Both the position numbers and the translations under genes were made by a program. This document shows, piece by piece, positions 9,510 to 11,156 of a stretch of DNA of 11,156 bases. The first letter of the stretch is position 1; each line of letters starts with the position of its first letter. Source of the stretch: Tubiluchus corallicola (Eukaryota; Animalia; Priapulida); assembly GCA_030141605.1 (NCBI GenBank), contig JAQGDQ010000066.1, positions 726,958-738,113 on the forward strand, given 5' to 3'. Below the pieces are notes generated by a model. The model saw only the letters and a list, made by a program, of their open reading frames with translations. It was not told where the DNA came from and made no database searches.

Positions 9510-11086
9510 ATCATAACTAAATCGCAATTGAATAGTCATTGTCGACGCAAGCAGTTAGACTGTGTACACATGGTTCAATTTAATAAGTATATTTTAGGTC
9601 AATTTATATTTAATTTGTGGTTTAATAATACAAAAATATTTGTTTCATTTTAAAAACAAACTTTAACTTTGTACAAAGTCGCTCTTGTAAAGTTATTTAA
9701 TTATTCACACAATACTGTTGTAAATTAAACACCAAGTGATATAATATATATAATTATGTATATAAGTTAGCATTACAGTGCATATGAGCTGCAATAAAAA
9801 TTTTAGCCGGAATAATTCTGAGGCTTTCAAAAGGTGTAATTTGACACTAAAGAGCTTGAGCAGTCCATTTTTATAGATGCTGGCTCACAAATAAACTAAA
9901 CTGCACATACTAGTAGTAGTATAAATACCATATATTTTAATTATTGGTCTGTCAAGTAGTAACTACAGTAATGTTATAATTCAAATGAACAAGAAATTAG
10001 TGCACAATTTGTACTATCCTACACTGTGAATGAATCAGTTATTTAAATATAACCCTATTTCAACTGTAATAATATAGTAGCGTAATATTTATAAATAATT
10101 AAACAAATCAAGCTTGACTAGATCCATAACTTTTTGATATACGTTGTGCTATCTTACAGAACACAGCTGTTTATCAAGACATTGAAACGTTACAGTCTTG
10201 CTGATTTTAATTAAATGCCTATAACTAAAAAATATGTCTAGAGAAAAAAGCATATAAAGACTGGACTTCAGAAATACATGATAGACTTTCCAAGCATTTT
10301 GAAAATGAGAACATTTTCAGTGTATTTGCTGTTTTTATAAATAATTTTCTATGATTTTTATACTCTGTCTGGTTTGAAAGTTCATTTTAAGTTTAAAGCA
10401 CAAGAAAATTCTCATTATACATAAAGCTTAAAAAATTCGTCTTGAGATTTTATACCACTTACATACTGCCTTTTTCATGCAGGTCTTTCGTCTGCAGTAA
10501 TACTGCATAAAGCATGTAAATTTAAACTCCTGCGATGACCATTAGGCGCAGCCATTTTGATGGTAGCCTGTTTGATAAGTTTGCATTGCAGAAATCAGAA
10601 CGTTCGTAGCACATGTGTTACTAAGTAAAATTTTACATTACTGTATCTGCCAATAAGATTAAAAAGACATTTTTGCTTAGTAAATGGCGCAACCTGGAGA
10701 GTGAGCCAGCGACATTTTACTAACTGGCATGAACATTTTAAATTATTATTTCTAGTAACTTACGTCTTTCCAGCAGGTAAGCAAAATGCTAAGTAATATA
10801 GATTTTCATTGGAAATTTTTTCGGACATAATTTAACGTTGCCTTTTCCCCTGATTTACGTTTGCATAAATGACATATGTATAAAATTGCTTTAAAGTAAT
10901 AATTTTTTTGAGGCGATTTTTCTGAAACCTACTTCAGATACCCCCTTTTCTTGTCCATTAACATTTCTAAAAAACAAATCAACAGTTTAAAAATGTTAGT
11001 TTGCAAGGAAATCAATTAGTTAGCTTGCTTATTAAACTTTGTTAACAATGTATATAATCATAAAGACATTTTTAATTTTGACTTAC

Positions 11087-11156
11087 CTCTCATACATTTT
11101 ACACCACTCCTCATGCAACAGCTCGTCTTTCTCGTGTATGAGAGGCACATACACTT
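11087..11156 (-). CDS. 3' part of an upstream exon of the polycystin-1-like gene (runs off the window)
   Basis: Open frame VYVPLIHEKDELLHEEWCKMYE(R) ending at consensus donor GAG|GTAAGT (11087/11086). Phase 2 matches the acceptor at 8040 (3046-nt intron). Confidence 0.72.

Noticed and set aside
10618-10683. 12/13 inverted repeat TTACTAAGTAAAA / TTTTGCTTAGTAA with nearby YY1-like motifs
   Set aside because: AT-rich, imperfect and without a TSD; not enough to call an element or promoter.

Overview
AT-rich, intron-containing eukaryotic (animal-like) genomic DNA. It carries the 3' part of a polycystin-1-like (PKD1L2/PKD1L3/PKDREJ-type) gene whose exons lie on opposite strands. Four exons are on the - strand (11156-11087, 8040-7861, 7472-7397, 7206-7041; pre-S1 region, S1 and first half of the TOP domain). 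The two exons that follow them in the protein are on the + strand (556-738, 1158-2284; rest of TOP, S2-S6, stop). A perfect 97-bp inverted repeat (4-100 / 6894-6990) brackets the 6.8-kb segment holding the + strand exons. Flipping that segment joins all six exons into one in-phase, stop-free frame (599 aa in the window) with a normal 602-nt GT-AG intron across the junction. The segment also holds a candidate promoter/first exon (CCAAT, RFX X-box-like, ETS, Inr, perfect donor), a 5'-truncated RTE LINE with a 10-bp TSD, a second decayed LINE (YVDD), a hAT MITE (15-bp TIR, 8-bp TSD) containing (GA)n, and a fold-back element. The sequence alone cannot tell whether the inversion is a recent allele, a reversible switch, an inverted duplication or an assembly artefact.
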